A stretch of 64,000 nt of DNA from Nannocystales bacterium. GTDB lineage: Bacteria; Myxococcota_A; Polyangia; Nannocystales; Nannocystaceae. Made by a program: the position numbers and the translations under genes. Under the pieces are notes generated by a model that had not been told where the DNA came from, did no database searches, and saw nothing but the letters and a program-made list of their open reading frames with translations. The stretch's first letter is position 1, and each line of letters begins with the position of its first letter. The stretch lies in the NCBI GenBank assembly GCA_050633305.1, contig JBOEGF010000009.1, positions 228,573 through 292,572 of the forward strand, written 5' to 3'. Shown here one piece after another: positions 41,038-50,220 of this stretch.

Positions 41038-42543
41038 ATGAACCCTGGCTATCGCGTCGCCCTACTGAGCTTTCTCGCGAGTGGCGGGTGCTTCAGCCCC
41101 AATGCTGCCGCAGACACGGATGTGGCTTCCGACACGAGAGACTCGTCGTCCGGAGGCGGTGAAAAGACCGGCTCCGGACCGAGCACGGGACCGGCGGAGA
41201 CCGAGTCGACAACAGGAGCTGGGCCGGCTACGGAAACGGAGCCCACCGGTACGGACCCGGTCAACACGGACTCAAGCGGCACTGAGCAGTCTGAGGGCAC
41301 AGATACTGGAGGTCGAACGGTGTGCGGAGATGGAGCCGTGGAAGGCGATGAAGTCTGCGACGACGGCGTCAACGATGGATCGTACGGTGGGTGCGAGTCG
41401 GACTGTGCTGCGTTCGGACCGTTCTGCGGCGACGGTATGGTCGACGGACCCGAAGAATGCGACGACGGCGACGATACGCAAGGCAACGGATGCAACAGCG
41501 ATTGTGTGCCTTCAGGCCTTGAACTGTGGACTCACGAGGAGCATCAGACGCCGAACGACGTCTGTGTCGCCATCGTGACGAGCTCCTCTGATCATCTGTA
41601 CCTGGCGGCGCGAATCGACAACCTTGACGGCGGGGAGTTCGCAGGGTCGTTCTATGCCCAACGGCTCTCGGCCTCGGGTAGCGTAGATTGGGAGCGCGAG
41701 CATGGACCGCTCGCGTCATCGACACAGCACGACTATGTGACCTATGAAGCCGCGGACGCGGGTGACGGGGTGGTCGTGACGGGAGCTCACCGGCTCAGTG
41801 CGACCCAGAACCCCGTGGTCACTGGTTACTCGGACGTTCACAGCGTGAAGTTGTCGGCGGCGAATGGGGACGTTGTTTGGACTCGGAACGATGAAGGGCC
41901 AGCGTTCCCGGTGGGTATCGCGGCGGACGACGATGGGGAGTTCGCCGTTGCGGCGTTTGCGGGAAACAGTTTCGATTCCTACATCTTCCGAGTGTCGGAG
42001 GGCGGCAATGCTGTGGGTGGGGCGGACATCACTCCGGGAGGAGAGGTATCCGCGATCGCCTTCGATCCGGCCGGATCGTTCCTGGTCGCAATGAGCCCTG
42101 CGCAGTCGGTCATTCAGCGTCGCAATGCGGGATTCGGGGTGCTCTGGGAGGCAACTCTATCTCCTCTGGGAGATGTCCTCGCACTCACCGTGGGAGAGGG
42201 CAGCGATGTCTTTGCAGTTGGGGGGGGCTGGGTTGGCCGACGGGCTTCCGCCGACGGGTCGGAGGTTTGGACTGTGCAGAGCAACGACGTCGCGGCGCTC
42301 GGAAGCTCCGTGTCGGTAGCCACGACTCCCGAGGGGGACATCGTCGTCGCCGGTGTGCGGCAGGGCGCGCCCTGGGTCGCGCGCCTCGACCCCGAGGGCG
42401 GGCTACGGTGGTCCCGGTCGGCGGGGGAGGACGGTGCATTTGCCTCTGTCGGGGTCCGCACCGATGGCTCGATCGTCGCGTGCGGAACGATCGATGGCGG
42501 CGGTCAAGGGGACAACATCTTCGTCGCCAGCTACACGCCCTAG
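41038..42543 (+). CDS. Lipoprotein with Myxococcus Cys-rich repeats (DUF4215-like) and beta-propeller
   Basis: SGGC lipobox, CGDGAVEGDEVCDDG and CGDGMVDGPEECDDG repeats, G..LW blade repeats. Confidence 0.85.
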   Translation: MNPGYRVALLSFLASGGCFSPNAAADTDVASDTRDSSSGGGEKTGSGPSTGPAETESTTGAGPATETEPTGTDPVNTDSSGTEQSEGTDTGGRTVCGDGAVEGDEVCDDGVNDGSYGGCESDCAAFGPFCGDGMVDGPEECDDGDDTQGNGCNSDCVPSGLELWTHEEHQTPNDVCVAIVTSSSDHLYLAARIDNLDGGEFAGSFYAQRLSASGSVDWEREHGPLASSTQHDYVTYEAADAGDGVVVTGAHRLSATQNPVVTGYSDVHSVKLSAANGDVVWTRNDEGPAFPVGIAADDDGEFAVAAFAGNSFDSYIFRVSEGGNAVGGADITPGGEVSAIAFDPAGSFLVAMSPAQSVIQRRNAGFGVLWEATLSPLGDVLALTVGEGSDVFAVGGGWVGRRASADGSEVWTVQSNDVAALGSSVSVATTPEGDIVVAGVRQGAPWVARLDPEGGLRWSRSAGEDGAFASVGVRTDGSIVACGTIDGGGQGDNIFVASYTP

Positions 42544-43979
42544 TTGGCCGAACTTGGCTCGGCGGCAAGGTCCACTGTCTCCGGCGGATGGACCTCTGAC
42601 GAGGGATCTATCTCGCGAGCCTTCTCCAAGAGACCCCGTACGTTTTTCTCTTGGCCCAGCCTTGTCTGCACGGTTGCGGCCGTCACGTACAGCTCGGCCG
42701 ACTTGAACTTCGACTTCAGCGTGGGGGCCAGGGCCTTGGCAGCGGCTTTTGCGTCGCCCGCCTTGAGCTGCGCCTGCGCGAGCATGACTGCAGCTTCGAG
42801 GTTGGGCCGCAGGGCGTAGTTTTTCTGCGCGAGTTCCAGGACGAAAGCCGGGTCCTCGCCAAACTCGATGTAGTGCCCGAGCGCGTGTCCGTAGGCCGCC
42901 TCCGGGTATTTCTCCATCTGCTCTTCGTAGCGCTTGCGCGCCTTGGCGACGTACGCTTTCGCCTCATCATCCCTGCCTTCTTCGAAGAGGATGCCCGCCA
43001 TGGCGTCCATGAATTCGGGGTTGTTCGTCCGCTCGAGGATGTCGAGGTAGAGCGTCTTGGCTTCCTCGGTCTTCCCCTGCAGGGTCAGAATCTCGGCGAT
43101 GTGTTCGTCGATTAGCCAGTACCCCTTCAGGAAGGTCTCGGCCTCTCGATAGTGGGCGAGGGCATCGTCGTAGCGGCCACGGTCCAGGTCGAGGAGGCCG
43201 AGGTTGAGGTGAAGCCACGCCGGAGGCTCCATCGGCTTGCCGTGGTAGCTCTTGAGTGCCTCGCGGAACAGGGCTTCTGCTTGCTCGAACTCGCCGGTCT
43301 TCCATCGGTAGACAGCGACCGAGGCAAGGTTGGAGCTCGTGCGTTTCGAGGCGAGTGAGGCCTCGAAGTGTTGCTCCGCCTTCTTGGAATCCCCGGCTTG
43401 CATCGCGAGGTTGGCCTCGAACGCTTCGATGCTTGCTACGCCGCCCGGAGAGCGGTCCGCAGATGGCTTCGCGGTTTCGAAGTCGGCCCGGGCTTCGGGG
43501 AGGCGATGTAGCGTGTAGTGCAGCTTCGACCTGAGCATGAATGTCCCCGACGCCGGCTTGTAGTCAAACGCGATACCGAGGGCGGTCTCTGCTTTCGCGT
43601 AGTCCTCGTACGAACCGGTGAGACGCGCTCGCTGCATGAAGGCGGCGGAACTGCGCTCATAGTTGAGCCTGTTCGCGGGAGCGTTCTTGATGAGCCCGTC
43701 GATTCCTGCGATGTCAGTGTCGAGCTGCGTGAGTTCGGCTGCGTATGTCTTCCGCTCCCGGTCGCGTTGCGCTCTGTTCTTGCGCTTCGGCTTGGGCGTC
43801 GCCGCGGAGTGGGACTGTTCTTGAGCAGCCTTGCCGAGCTTCTCCGCGCTGGCGTCGTTCGTGCCCGAACTCTTCGCGGGGGGCTGCGTCGCACGCTGCT
43901 CCGGAGCGGGGGCTGACTTCTCGCAGCCAACAAGGAAGCCGATTGAAAGCACAACGAGGAGGGGAGGACGTGTGCGCAT
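42540..43979 (-). CDS. TPR-repeat lipoprotein associated with DUF4331 genes
   Basis: LVGC lipobox, RARLTG..EDY..AE, LHRLPEA, multiple TPR helices. The stop overlaps the convergent gene's stop (CTAG). Confidence 0.85.
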   Translation of the reverse strand: MRTRPPLLVVLSIGFLVGCEKSAPAPEQRATQPPAKSSGTNDASAEKLGKAAQEQSHSAATPKPKRKNRAQRDRERKTYAAELTQLDTDIAGIDGLIKNAPANRLNYERSSAAFMQRARLTGSYEDYAKAETALGIAFDYKPASGTFMLRSKLHYTLHRLPEARADFETAKPSADRSPGGVASIEAFEANLAMQAGDSKKAEQHFEASLASKRTSSNLASVAVYRWKTGEFEQAEALFREALKSYHGKPMEPPAWLHLNLGLLDLDRGRYDDALAHYREAETFLKGYWLIDEHIAEILTLQGKTEEAKTLYLDILERTNNPEFMDAMAGILFEEGRDDEAKAYVAKARKRYEEQMEKYPEAAYGHALGHYIEFGEDPAFVLELAQKNYALRPNLEAAVMLAQAQLKAGDAKAAAKALAPTLKSKFKSAELYVTAATVQTRLGQEKNVRGLLEKAREIDPSSEVHPPETVDLAAEPSSAN

Positions 43980-43996
43980 AGTGCTGGTTTCAGACG

Positions 43997-44035
43997 AAAA
44001 AGCGCGAGGCCTCGGCTTGCGCCGAAGGCCTCGCG
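43997..44035 (-). terminator. Rho-independent terminator between the second DUF4331 gene and the TPR gene
   Basis: Minus strand reads CGCGAGGCCTTCGGC-GCAA-GCCGAGGCCTCGCG-CTTTTT: a GC stem with GNRA loop and U-tract. Confidence 0.8.
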
Positions 44036-44050
44036 ATCTTGGACTCGGTC

Positions 44051-44932
44051 CTACTCGTGAGCAGGTGCGAGGTAGGGGAAGCCGGCTGCGAACTCGACGT
44101 CGTTCCCAGATTGCGACAGACCTTGTTGGCCGTCGGTGTCGGCGTCGAGATCAACGAACGCTTGCAAGACCGGGAAGTTGAAGGCCTTGCCTCCGTCGAG
44201 AACATCAAGCAGCAGCACCGCGAGGATGATATCGACGACCGGTACGTCGAGCGCACGTCCGTTGGGGAAGCCAGAGGGCATTCCAGTGTTCAAGAGGACC
44301 ACATCCGGGAAGATGAATGGTCCGCCCTGGGCGACGCAGGTGTCGTTCGGGTCGATGTCTCCGGGAGGGTTGCAGATCAGCCCCTCGATCTCCCCAGGGG
44401 TCGCGTCGGGGTTCAGTGCGCCCAGCGCAACCCGCAGCTCGTCGCCGAGTCCGTTGCCCACTCCGTTGCCATTGTGAAGGAACGTGAGCGCGCCGCCGAC
44501 GTCGGTGAGGAAGTCGCCCGCTGCATCGTTGGTCGGCGAAGCGGCGTTGTAGGCGTCCTTGTTCGCCTCGGCGATCAGGGCCGTGTTGACGGCGGGGAAA
44601 CCCTGCCGGTCGACTTGCGTGTAGGCATCGGGAGCATCATCCCGGAACTCGTAGAGGTCCGGATCGATGTCGTCGGTGTCCGTATCGGTGTCGCCGTCGG
44701 TGTCCGAGTCCGTGTCCGTGGTCGGGTCGGTGTCGGTTGTGTCCGGGTCGGTCGTGGTCGGTCCCGTCGTAGTCGGGTCCGTCGTCGGACCCGTCTGCGT
44801 CTCCGTGACGGTCATCGTCGTCGGGTTGTCCGTGTCGTCGGTGTCTCCGGCGGGATCGTCGTCGACAACGCAGCCTGTGGAGAGGGCGAGCGCGGCCGCA
44901 AAGGAAGCGAGAGTGAGTTCTTTGAAGTTCAT
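44051..44932 (-). CDS. DUF4331-like acidic lipoprotein (C-terminal-half type)
   Basis: STGC lipobox, T/D linker, QVDRQGFPAVNTAL, FPNGR, FPYLAP. Confidence 0.8.
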   Translation of the reverse strand: MNFKELTLASFAAALALSTGCVVDDDPAGDTDDTDNPTTMTVTETQTGPTTDPTTTGPTTTDPDTTDTDPTTDTDSDTDGDTDTDTDDIDPDLYEFRDDAPDAYTQVDRQGFPAVNTALIAEANKDAYNAASPTNDAAGDFLTDVGGALTFLHNGNGVGNGLGDELRVALGALNPDATPGEIEGLICNPPGDIDPNDTCVAQGGPFIFPDVVLLNTGMPSGFPNGRALDVPVVDIILAVLLLDVLDGGKAFNFPVLQAFVDLDADTDGQQGLSQSGNDVEFAAGFPYLAPAHE

Positions 44933-44950
44933 TTCAGTCTCCCTTTCCGG

Positions 44951-45718
44951 TTACTCGGAAATGCGGCCGGTGGTGGCCCAGAGCTGGAGGAGGCCGTCAG
45001 CGTTCTTGTTCAGCGCGGCAGCGGTGTCGAACTCCAGAACGATCCCATGCACGTTCGTCCCGGCAAGTGCGTCGGGAGCCGGTGTGATCGACGCGGGGAA
45101 GTCCGCGAGGCTGCCGAAGGCGAGGTCGAAATCGGGGGTCTTCGGATCGTCGTCGTTGTCATCGTCGCCAGCGTTGGCGATGGTGGCTTGGAAACCTGCG
45201 AGGTCGAAGAAGAACGGGTCGTCGAACGTTCCAGCTTGAGCGAGGTTGCCGTCTCCGCCGTCGATCTCAGTGCCGACTGCGCCCTGGATTGCCCCGTCGA
45301 CTCCGGGAAGGTTTTCGATCTGAACTCCCCAGTCGCCCAGGCCGTTCTGAGCGAATCGGACGTTGATCTGAATGTCCGACTCGTTGTCGTTGCTGTTGTC
45401 GTCCGGAAGCGGGTTCTGAGGAGTCGTCAGACCCGCAGCGGTCGCCGTGTTGTCGATGTGCACCGTGTACAGGACATCTGGGTCGTACAGCGCTTCGGCG
45501 CCAGGGCCCTGGAGGGCGGCGAACGTGATGACGGCGACGATTTTTCCGTCGTCGGTGTGCCACGCGTAGAAGTCAGCGATGTCGGCTGCGCCATCAGCCA
45601 TCGTCCCGGGCGCGTCGGCGTGGTCGGCTGCGACCACTTCTTGGGACCCGAGGGTCATGGAAGCTGCAGCGAGCAGGGCGATGCCCCCTACAGCGGCAAG
45701 CGTTGAAAGTCGTTTCAT
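44951..45718 (-). CDS. DUF4331 family secreted protein (N-terminal-half type)
   Basis: Signal peptide, ADHADAP, DIADFYAW, DDPFFFDL, GTNV..IVLE, LWATT. Confidence 0.85.
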   Translation of the reverse strand: MKRLSTLAAVGGIALLAAASMTLGSQEVVAADHADAPGTMADGAADIADFYAWHTDDGKIVAVITFAALQGPGAEALYDPDVLYTVHIDNTATAAGLTTPQNPLPDDNSNDNESDIQINVRFAQNGLGDWGVQIENLPGVDGAIQGAVGTEIDGGDGNLAQAGTFDDPFFFDLAGFQATIANAGDDDNDDDPKTPDFDLAFGSLADFPASITPAPDALAGTNVHGIVLEFDTAAALNKNADGLLQLWATTGRISE

Positions 45719-45853
45719 GTGATCAGTCCTACTTGGTGGAGTTGGAGCGGTCAGCGCCCCGGAACGCCCGGAGGCGCGGAGTGGGGAACGTACGGTCGCT
45801 GCAGCGGACCCCCGAGCTGCAGGCACGTTCGAAAGGTAAGGTCCTTATTCGCG

Positions 45854-45879
45854 TACGGTACAACGCGAAGAGCGGATCG
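45854..45879 (-). promoter_or_regulatory. Candidate SigK-like ECF sigma promoter for the DUF4331 operon
   Basis: Minus strand reads CGATCC-N15-CCGTA, resembling the CATCC-N15-CCGAA class of ECF promoters. Confidence 0.45.
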
Positions 45880-46189
45880 GGCAGGGGTTGTTTTTGATGT
45901 CGGGTTTCCGATCGAGGGCCGACTTGCCAGCCTTCAAGCCGCCACTGACGTGGGCAGACGTACCTCTTTCGCTGAAACCGGATCGGGCGTTTGGGATAGG
46001 ATGAGTGGTGCCTTGCTCGACCTGGATGCTCGGCACTTCTCGGGCCGACACGACGCGGCGACGATCGTCCCGGAACGCCGTTCGCATCGGGCGGACGGCG
46101 GCCCAAAAAGGGAACCGATGCTTTGAATCGGTCGGTCGCCAAAGCCGTCGCTTCCTAGGCCAAAGCCACACTCGGAGAATCCGGATTCC

Positions 46190-46507
46190 ATGACGCACAA
46201 AACCGCCCTCGCCGCTGCCTTTTCTGTCGTTTTCGCCGCTGGTCTCGTCGCCTCGAGTGCTCGCGCAGCCGAGGATGGTGCCGCGCCGAAGCCTTGCGTG
46301 GCGACGTCGTTCAAGATCGCCAAGGTTGGGGCGAAGTGCGAATCCGAAGGACAGTCTGGCGTAAAGAAGATGATGAAAGCAGCGGTCAAGAAGGCCAAAG
46401 CCGCCGGCGTGACCGAAGGCATGAAATGCAAGGACTGCCATGTCGACTTGAAGAGCTACAAGCTCAAGGGCGACGACCCGGTCGGCGCGATCAAAAAGTG
46501 GCTCTAG
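46190..46507 (+). CDS. Small basic monoheme c-type cytochrome
   Basis: Signal peptide (ARA-A), Lys-rich, one CKDCH near the C-terminus, two extra Cys. Confidence 0.75.
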   Translation: MTHKTALAAAFSVVFAAGLVASSARAAEDGAAPKPCVATSFKIAKVGAKCESEGQSGVKKMMKAAVKKAKAAGVTEGMKCKDCHVDLKSYKLKGDDPVGAIKKWL

Positions 46508-46580
46508 TCGCGGACGGACGGACGGCATCCCGGACGGGCGGTGGCTCGTCCTCGCCCTGATGTTGGGCCGGGCGTGGTCG

Positions 46581-47390
46581 TCAGGCCCCTGCCGCCGCGA
46601 ACAGTTCTGACACAGCCCGCACCATCCCGTCATCGCCCGGCGACTCGGCAGTGATGGTCACCTCGAAGCCCTGCTCCTGCAGGGCTTTGGTCGTGACGGG
46701 GCCCGCACTCACGATGGCGGCGCCGCGCAAAATCTCATCCGACCGGTCGGGCAGGGCTTCTCTCAGGGTGTCGCGAAGGTGCTGACCGGTTCGACCGCTG
46801 TGAAGGCAGATCGCGTCGACACCCTGCCGCACCCAGTCGATCACACCCGACGGTGGCCCGGGTCGTTCGGCCCGGTAGCCGATCGCGAGTTGGTAGCGAC
46901 CACCCGCCGCTGAGATCGCATCGCTCAGGGTCTCCCGTCCGTCGCGTGCCCGGACGTGGATCCATCGGCCGGCCAGGCTTGAACGCTCGGTCAGCGCTTG
47001 GATGATCCCCTCGGAGCTCGGGTGGGTGGGAACGATGTCGGGGACCAGGTCCGCGGCGGCGCACGCGGAAGCGGTGGTGCGACCGACGGCCACCAAGGTC
47101 TGCTCGCCGTGGTCGGCAAGGTCGATCCCCAACCGCGCGAGGCTTTGGGCGAGGGCCTCCACTCCAGCCCGACTGGACACGATGATGCCGTCGTATTCGC
47201 GCATCGCCCCGACGATCCGGTCGAACGCATCGGGATCCTTGGGACCCTCGAGCTTCAGGCACGGAAGCGCGACGGCATTCGCGCCCAGCTCGAGGAAGCG
47301 GTCACGCTGCACGTGGGCCGCAACCTCCGGCCGTGTGGTGAGGATGCGCCGGCCGTGGAGGGGACCGCGCACGTCCGGGGACCGTGCCAT
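46581..47390 (-). CDS. hemD: Uroporphyrinogen-III synthase
   Basis: GRRILTTRP, IIVSSRAGV, AVGRTTA, GRETL, SAGPVTT. Confidence 0.88.
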   Translation of the reverse strand: MARSPDVRGPLHGRRILTTRPEVAAHVQRDRFLELGANAVALPCLKLEGPKDPDAFDRIVGAMREYDGIIVSSRAGVEALAQSLARLGIDLADHGEQTLVAVGRTTASACAAADLVPDIVPTHPSSEGIIQALTERSSLAGRWIHVRARDGRETLSDAISAAGGRYQLAIGYRAERPGPPSGVIDWVRQGVDAICLHSGRTGQHLRDTLREALPDRSDEILRGAAIVSAGPVTTKALQEQGFEVTITAESPGDDGMVRAVSELFAAAGA

Positions 47391-47442
47391 CGAGGAGCAG
47401 CTTGGCGTATCGCCCGACCTCGGTCCATAGTCCGGGCTTGTC

Positions 47443-49236
47443 ATGAGCATCTCGCGCAAGACCGTCCTCGTCGTTGGAGGTGGGCACGCTGGGCTCGAAG
47501 CTGCGTTCGCCGCAGCTCGGGTCGGCGCCAAGGTCCGTATGGTGACGGGCTCGGTCCGGACCGTGGGCCAGACGCCGTGCAACCCATCGGTTGGCGGGGT
47601 CGCCAAGGGGCACCTCGTGTTTGAGATCGACGCGCTCGGTGGATTCATGGGTCGGGCTGCCGACGCGACCTGTATTCACGGACGGGTTCTCAACCGGTCC
47701 AAGGGGCCGGCTGTCCAGTCCACGCGGGTTCAGGTCGACAAGGCGAAATACGGTGCTTACGCGAGGGCGGCGCTGACCTCCCATCCGGGCATCGAAGTCA
47801 TCGAGGGCCTCGTTGCCAGCGTGGTGCTGGAGGGGGATCGGGTCCGCGGGGTCGCGCTCGTCGACGGGTCCGAAGTTCCCGGCGATGCTGTCGTCATCAC
47901 CACGGGAACGTTCTTGGGTGGCCTGCTGCACACCGGGGCGACCAAGACCCCCGGCGGCCGAGCTGGGGAGGCGCCCGCCAACGGACTCTCGGACAACCTG
48001 CGGGCGATGGGCTTTCGGCTCGGTCGGCTGAAGACAGGGACGCCCGCGCGGCTCGACGCTCGGACCATCAACACCGACATCACGGAACCGCAGCCCTCCG
48101 AGGACCCCGTGCCGCGCTTCACGTTGCCCGACGACGTCGAGCCGCCGCCTCCATTGATCGAGCAGGTCCATTGCCACCTGACCTGGACCAACGCGAACAC
48201 CAACGCGATCATCAAGGAACACCTGCACGAGTCGCCCATGTACAGTGGCCAGATCGAAGGTCGCGGCCCACGGTACTGCCCGTCGATCGAAGACAAGGTC
48301 GTGCGATTCGCCGATCGCGACCGTCACCAGGTGTTTCTGGAGCCCGAAGGGCTGGACACCCACAGCGTCTACCCCAACGGCATCTCCACGAGCCTTCCGG
48401 CCGAGGTTCAGGCCAAGTTCATCGTCACGATTCCGGGCCTCGAGAAGGCTGAGATCCTCCGTCCGGGCTACGCGGTGGAGTACGACGCCGTGGATGCGCG
48501 TGCGCTCGACCATCGGTTCTCCTCGAAGGCGCATCAGGGCCTTTACTTCGCTGGGCAGGTCAACGGGACGTCCGGGTACGAAGAAGCCGGCATTCAGGGG
48601 CTTCTCGCGGGGGCCAACGCGGCGCTCGAGTTGGTCGAACGTGAAGCGCTGGTCGTGGGTCGAGACGAAGGCTACGCTGGCGTGCTGGTGGATGACCTGG
48701 TCACGCAGGGGTGTGACGAGCCGTACCGCATGTTCACGTCGCGGGCGGAGTATCGGATCATGCTTCGGGAGGACAACGCCGACGCCCGGCTCTCAGGCCT
48801 GGCGCTGTCGGCCGGTTTGATCTCGCAAGCCCGCTTTGACCGGGTGCAGACGCGGCGGGCCAGCATCGACGGGCTGTGTACCGAGCTGACGAAGAAGCGC
48901 TCCATCGAGGACGCGCCCGCATGGCTCCAGGGTCGGGCACGAGCACAGCACACCTACGCCGGCTATCTCGACCGGATGCGGGCCGAGGTGGCACGGCTGC
49001 GAGGGGACGCGGCTACGGACCTTCCGCTGGCAGCCGACCTCGACTACGCCACGCTCGAAGGGTTGAGCAACGAAGCCAAGCAGCGGCTGGCCGACGTACG
49101 GCCCACGAGCACGGCGCAGGCATCCCGGATCCCGGGGATGACGCCGGCTGCGCTGATGTGCCTGTGGGCACATGCTCGTCGGGTTCAGAAACAGGCCGGC
49201 CGGACGAGCGCATCGCGCCACCCCTCCGCCGGGTAG
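47443..49236 (+). CDS. mnmG: tRNA uridine-5-carboxymethylaminomethyl(34) synthesis enzyme MnmG (GidA)
   Basis: GGGHAG.EAA, CNPSVGG.AKG, LNRSKGPAV, RLKTGTP, GPRYCPSIEDK, AGQVNGTSGYEEA, EPYRMFTSRAEYR. Confidence 0.97.
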   Translation: MSISRKTVLVVGGGHAGLEAAFAAARVGAKVRMVTGSVRTVGQTPCNPSVGGVAKGHLVFEIDALGGFMGRAADATCIHGRVLNRSKGPAVQSTRVQVDKAKYGAYARAALTSHPGIEVIEGLVASVVLEGDRVRGVALVDGSEVPGDAVVITTGTFLGGLLHTGATKTPGGRAGEAPANGLSDNLRAMGFRLGRLKTGTPARLDARTINTDITEPQPSEDPVPRFTLPDDVEPPPPLIEQVHCHLTWTNANTNAIIKEHLHESPMYSGQIEGRGPRYCPSIEDKVVRFADRDRHQVFLEPEGLDTHSVYPNGISTSLPAEVQAKFIVTIPGLEKAEILRPGYAVEYDAVDARALDHRFSSKAHQGLYFAGQVNGTSGYEEAGIQGLLAGANAALELVEREALVVGRDEGYAGVLVDDLVTQGCDEPYRMFTSRAEYRIMLREDNADARLSGLALSAGLISQARFDRVQTRRASIDGLCTELTKKRSIEDAPAWLQGRARAQHTYAGYLDRMRAEVARLRGDAATDLPLAADLDYATLEGLSNEAKQRLADVRPTSTAQASRIPGMTPAALMCLWAHARRVQKQAGRTSASRHPSAG

Positions 49237-49328
49237 CAGCGGGTATCTGGCGGGCCCGAGGCGATAGCGGCACCCGCAGGAAAGGACATCTGTCCGCGGA
49301 TGCGGCGATGCGGGGCAGGGACGGGGGT

Positions 49329-49697
49329 CTAAAGGGCCCGCGCGCCCTTGATCAGGGAGGCGAGGACCGTCTCGTCGATAGGGCTGAGGTCGTTGAAGCG
49401 GATCCCGATCCCGTGGTTCCCCGGCAGCGCGTCCGGACTCGCCGGCGTGGGGGCCTGCAGACGGACCACGGTGGCTTGAAGCGACAGCGGATTCCGGGCG
49501 GCCCCGCGGCTGACTTCGACCCGAACAGTCTCGCCGATGTCAGCCTTGCAGACGCCGTGGAGCAGGGCGCCTGCGGTGGACAGGTCCAAGGTCCGGGCGC
49601 TGAGCAGCATGCGACCCCGGTCGTCGAACAACTTGAACGCGACGGCCACGGTCACTCGAGGGCGGCCCCGGCGGTCCTGCGGCGAACTCGTGCTCAT
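49329..49697 (-). CDS. PilZ domain protein
   Basis: RRGRPR (RxxxR), DLSTAG (DxSxxG), GIGIRF. Confidence 0.88.
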   Translation of the reverse strand: MSTSSPQDRRGRPRVTVAVAFKLFDDRGRMLLSARTLDLSTAGALLHGVCKADIGETVRVEVSRGAARNPLSLQATVVRLQAPTPASPDALPGNHGIGIRFNDLSPIDETVLASLIKGARAL

Positions 49698-49725
49698 GTC
49701 GACATGTGTCCCCTGCACACCGACC

Positions 49726-50142
49726 TCATACCACTTTGTGGTGGGCGGAAAAATAGGTGTGGAGCGTGATCTCGTCGGTGGGAGTCATTGCGCGGAATTG
49801 CACGCCAAAGCCTCGGGGGAGCCCTTTGGCCGGAAATAGGTTCTGCCAGCGAACCTGGACGCTCAAGCGAAGCACATCGGGGAGACCCGGTGGGTGCGGC
49901 GCAGGCGGATGCAGCCACAGTCGAAGGGCTTGTTCGACGGGCACGACGAGATCGCTCTCGATGAACGCGCCCCCGACGGAAACGCCGTGCGTGATTGCGA
50001 GCGTGGTCCCGGCAAACGCGCCGGCGGGTTCGACCGCCGGAGCAACCGCGACGACGACCGGCCAACGCAGCTTCTGGCGGGGTCGGTAGTGTCGTCGAGC
50101 TTCGCCGAAGCCCGGGGTCGAAGGTTCGTCGGGGTCGTGCAC
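49726..50142 (-). CDS. PilZ-like domain protein (degenerate D/NxSxxG)
   Basis: RRHYRPR, GVSVGGAFI, VRW, GFGVQF. GTG start inferred. Confidence 0.7.
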   Translation of the reverse strand: MHDPDEPSTPGFGEARRHYRPRQKLRWPVVVAVAPAVEPAGAFAGTTLAITHGVSVGGAFIESDLVVPVEQALRLWLHPPAPHPPGLPDVLRLSVQVRWQNLFPAKGLPRGFGVQFRAMTPTDEITLHTYFSAHHKVV

Positions 50143-50220
50143 CCGCCGGCAGTCTACCGCGTCCCGGCGTGCGCAGACCCCGGTTGACCCCGCGCCGCGC
50201 ACTTGTCCATAGTGCGCGCC

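Noticed and set aside
42540..42543. Convergent genes sharing overlapping stop codons (CTAG)
   Set aside because: This is real but a common consequence of compact genomes, with no functional inference.
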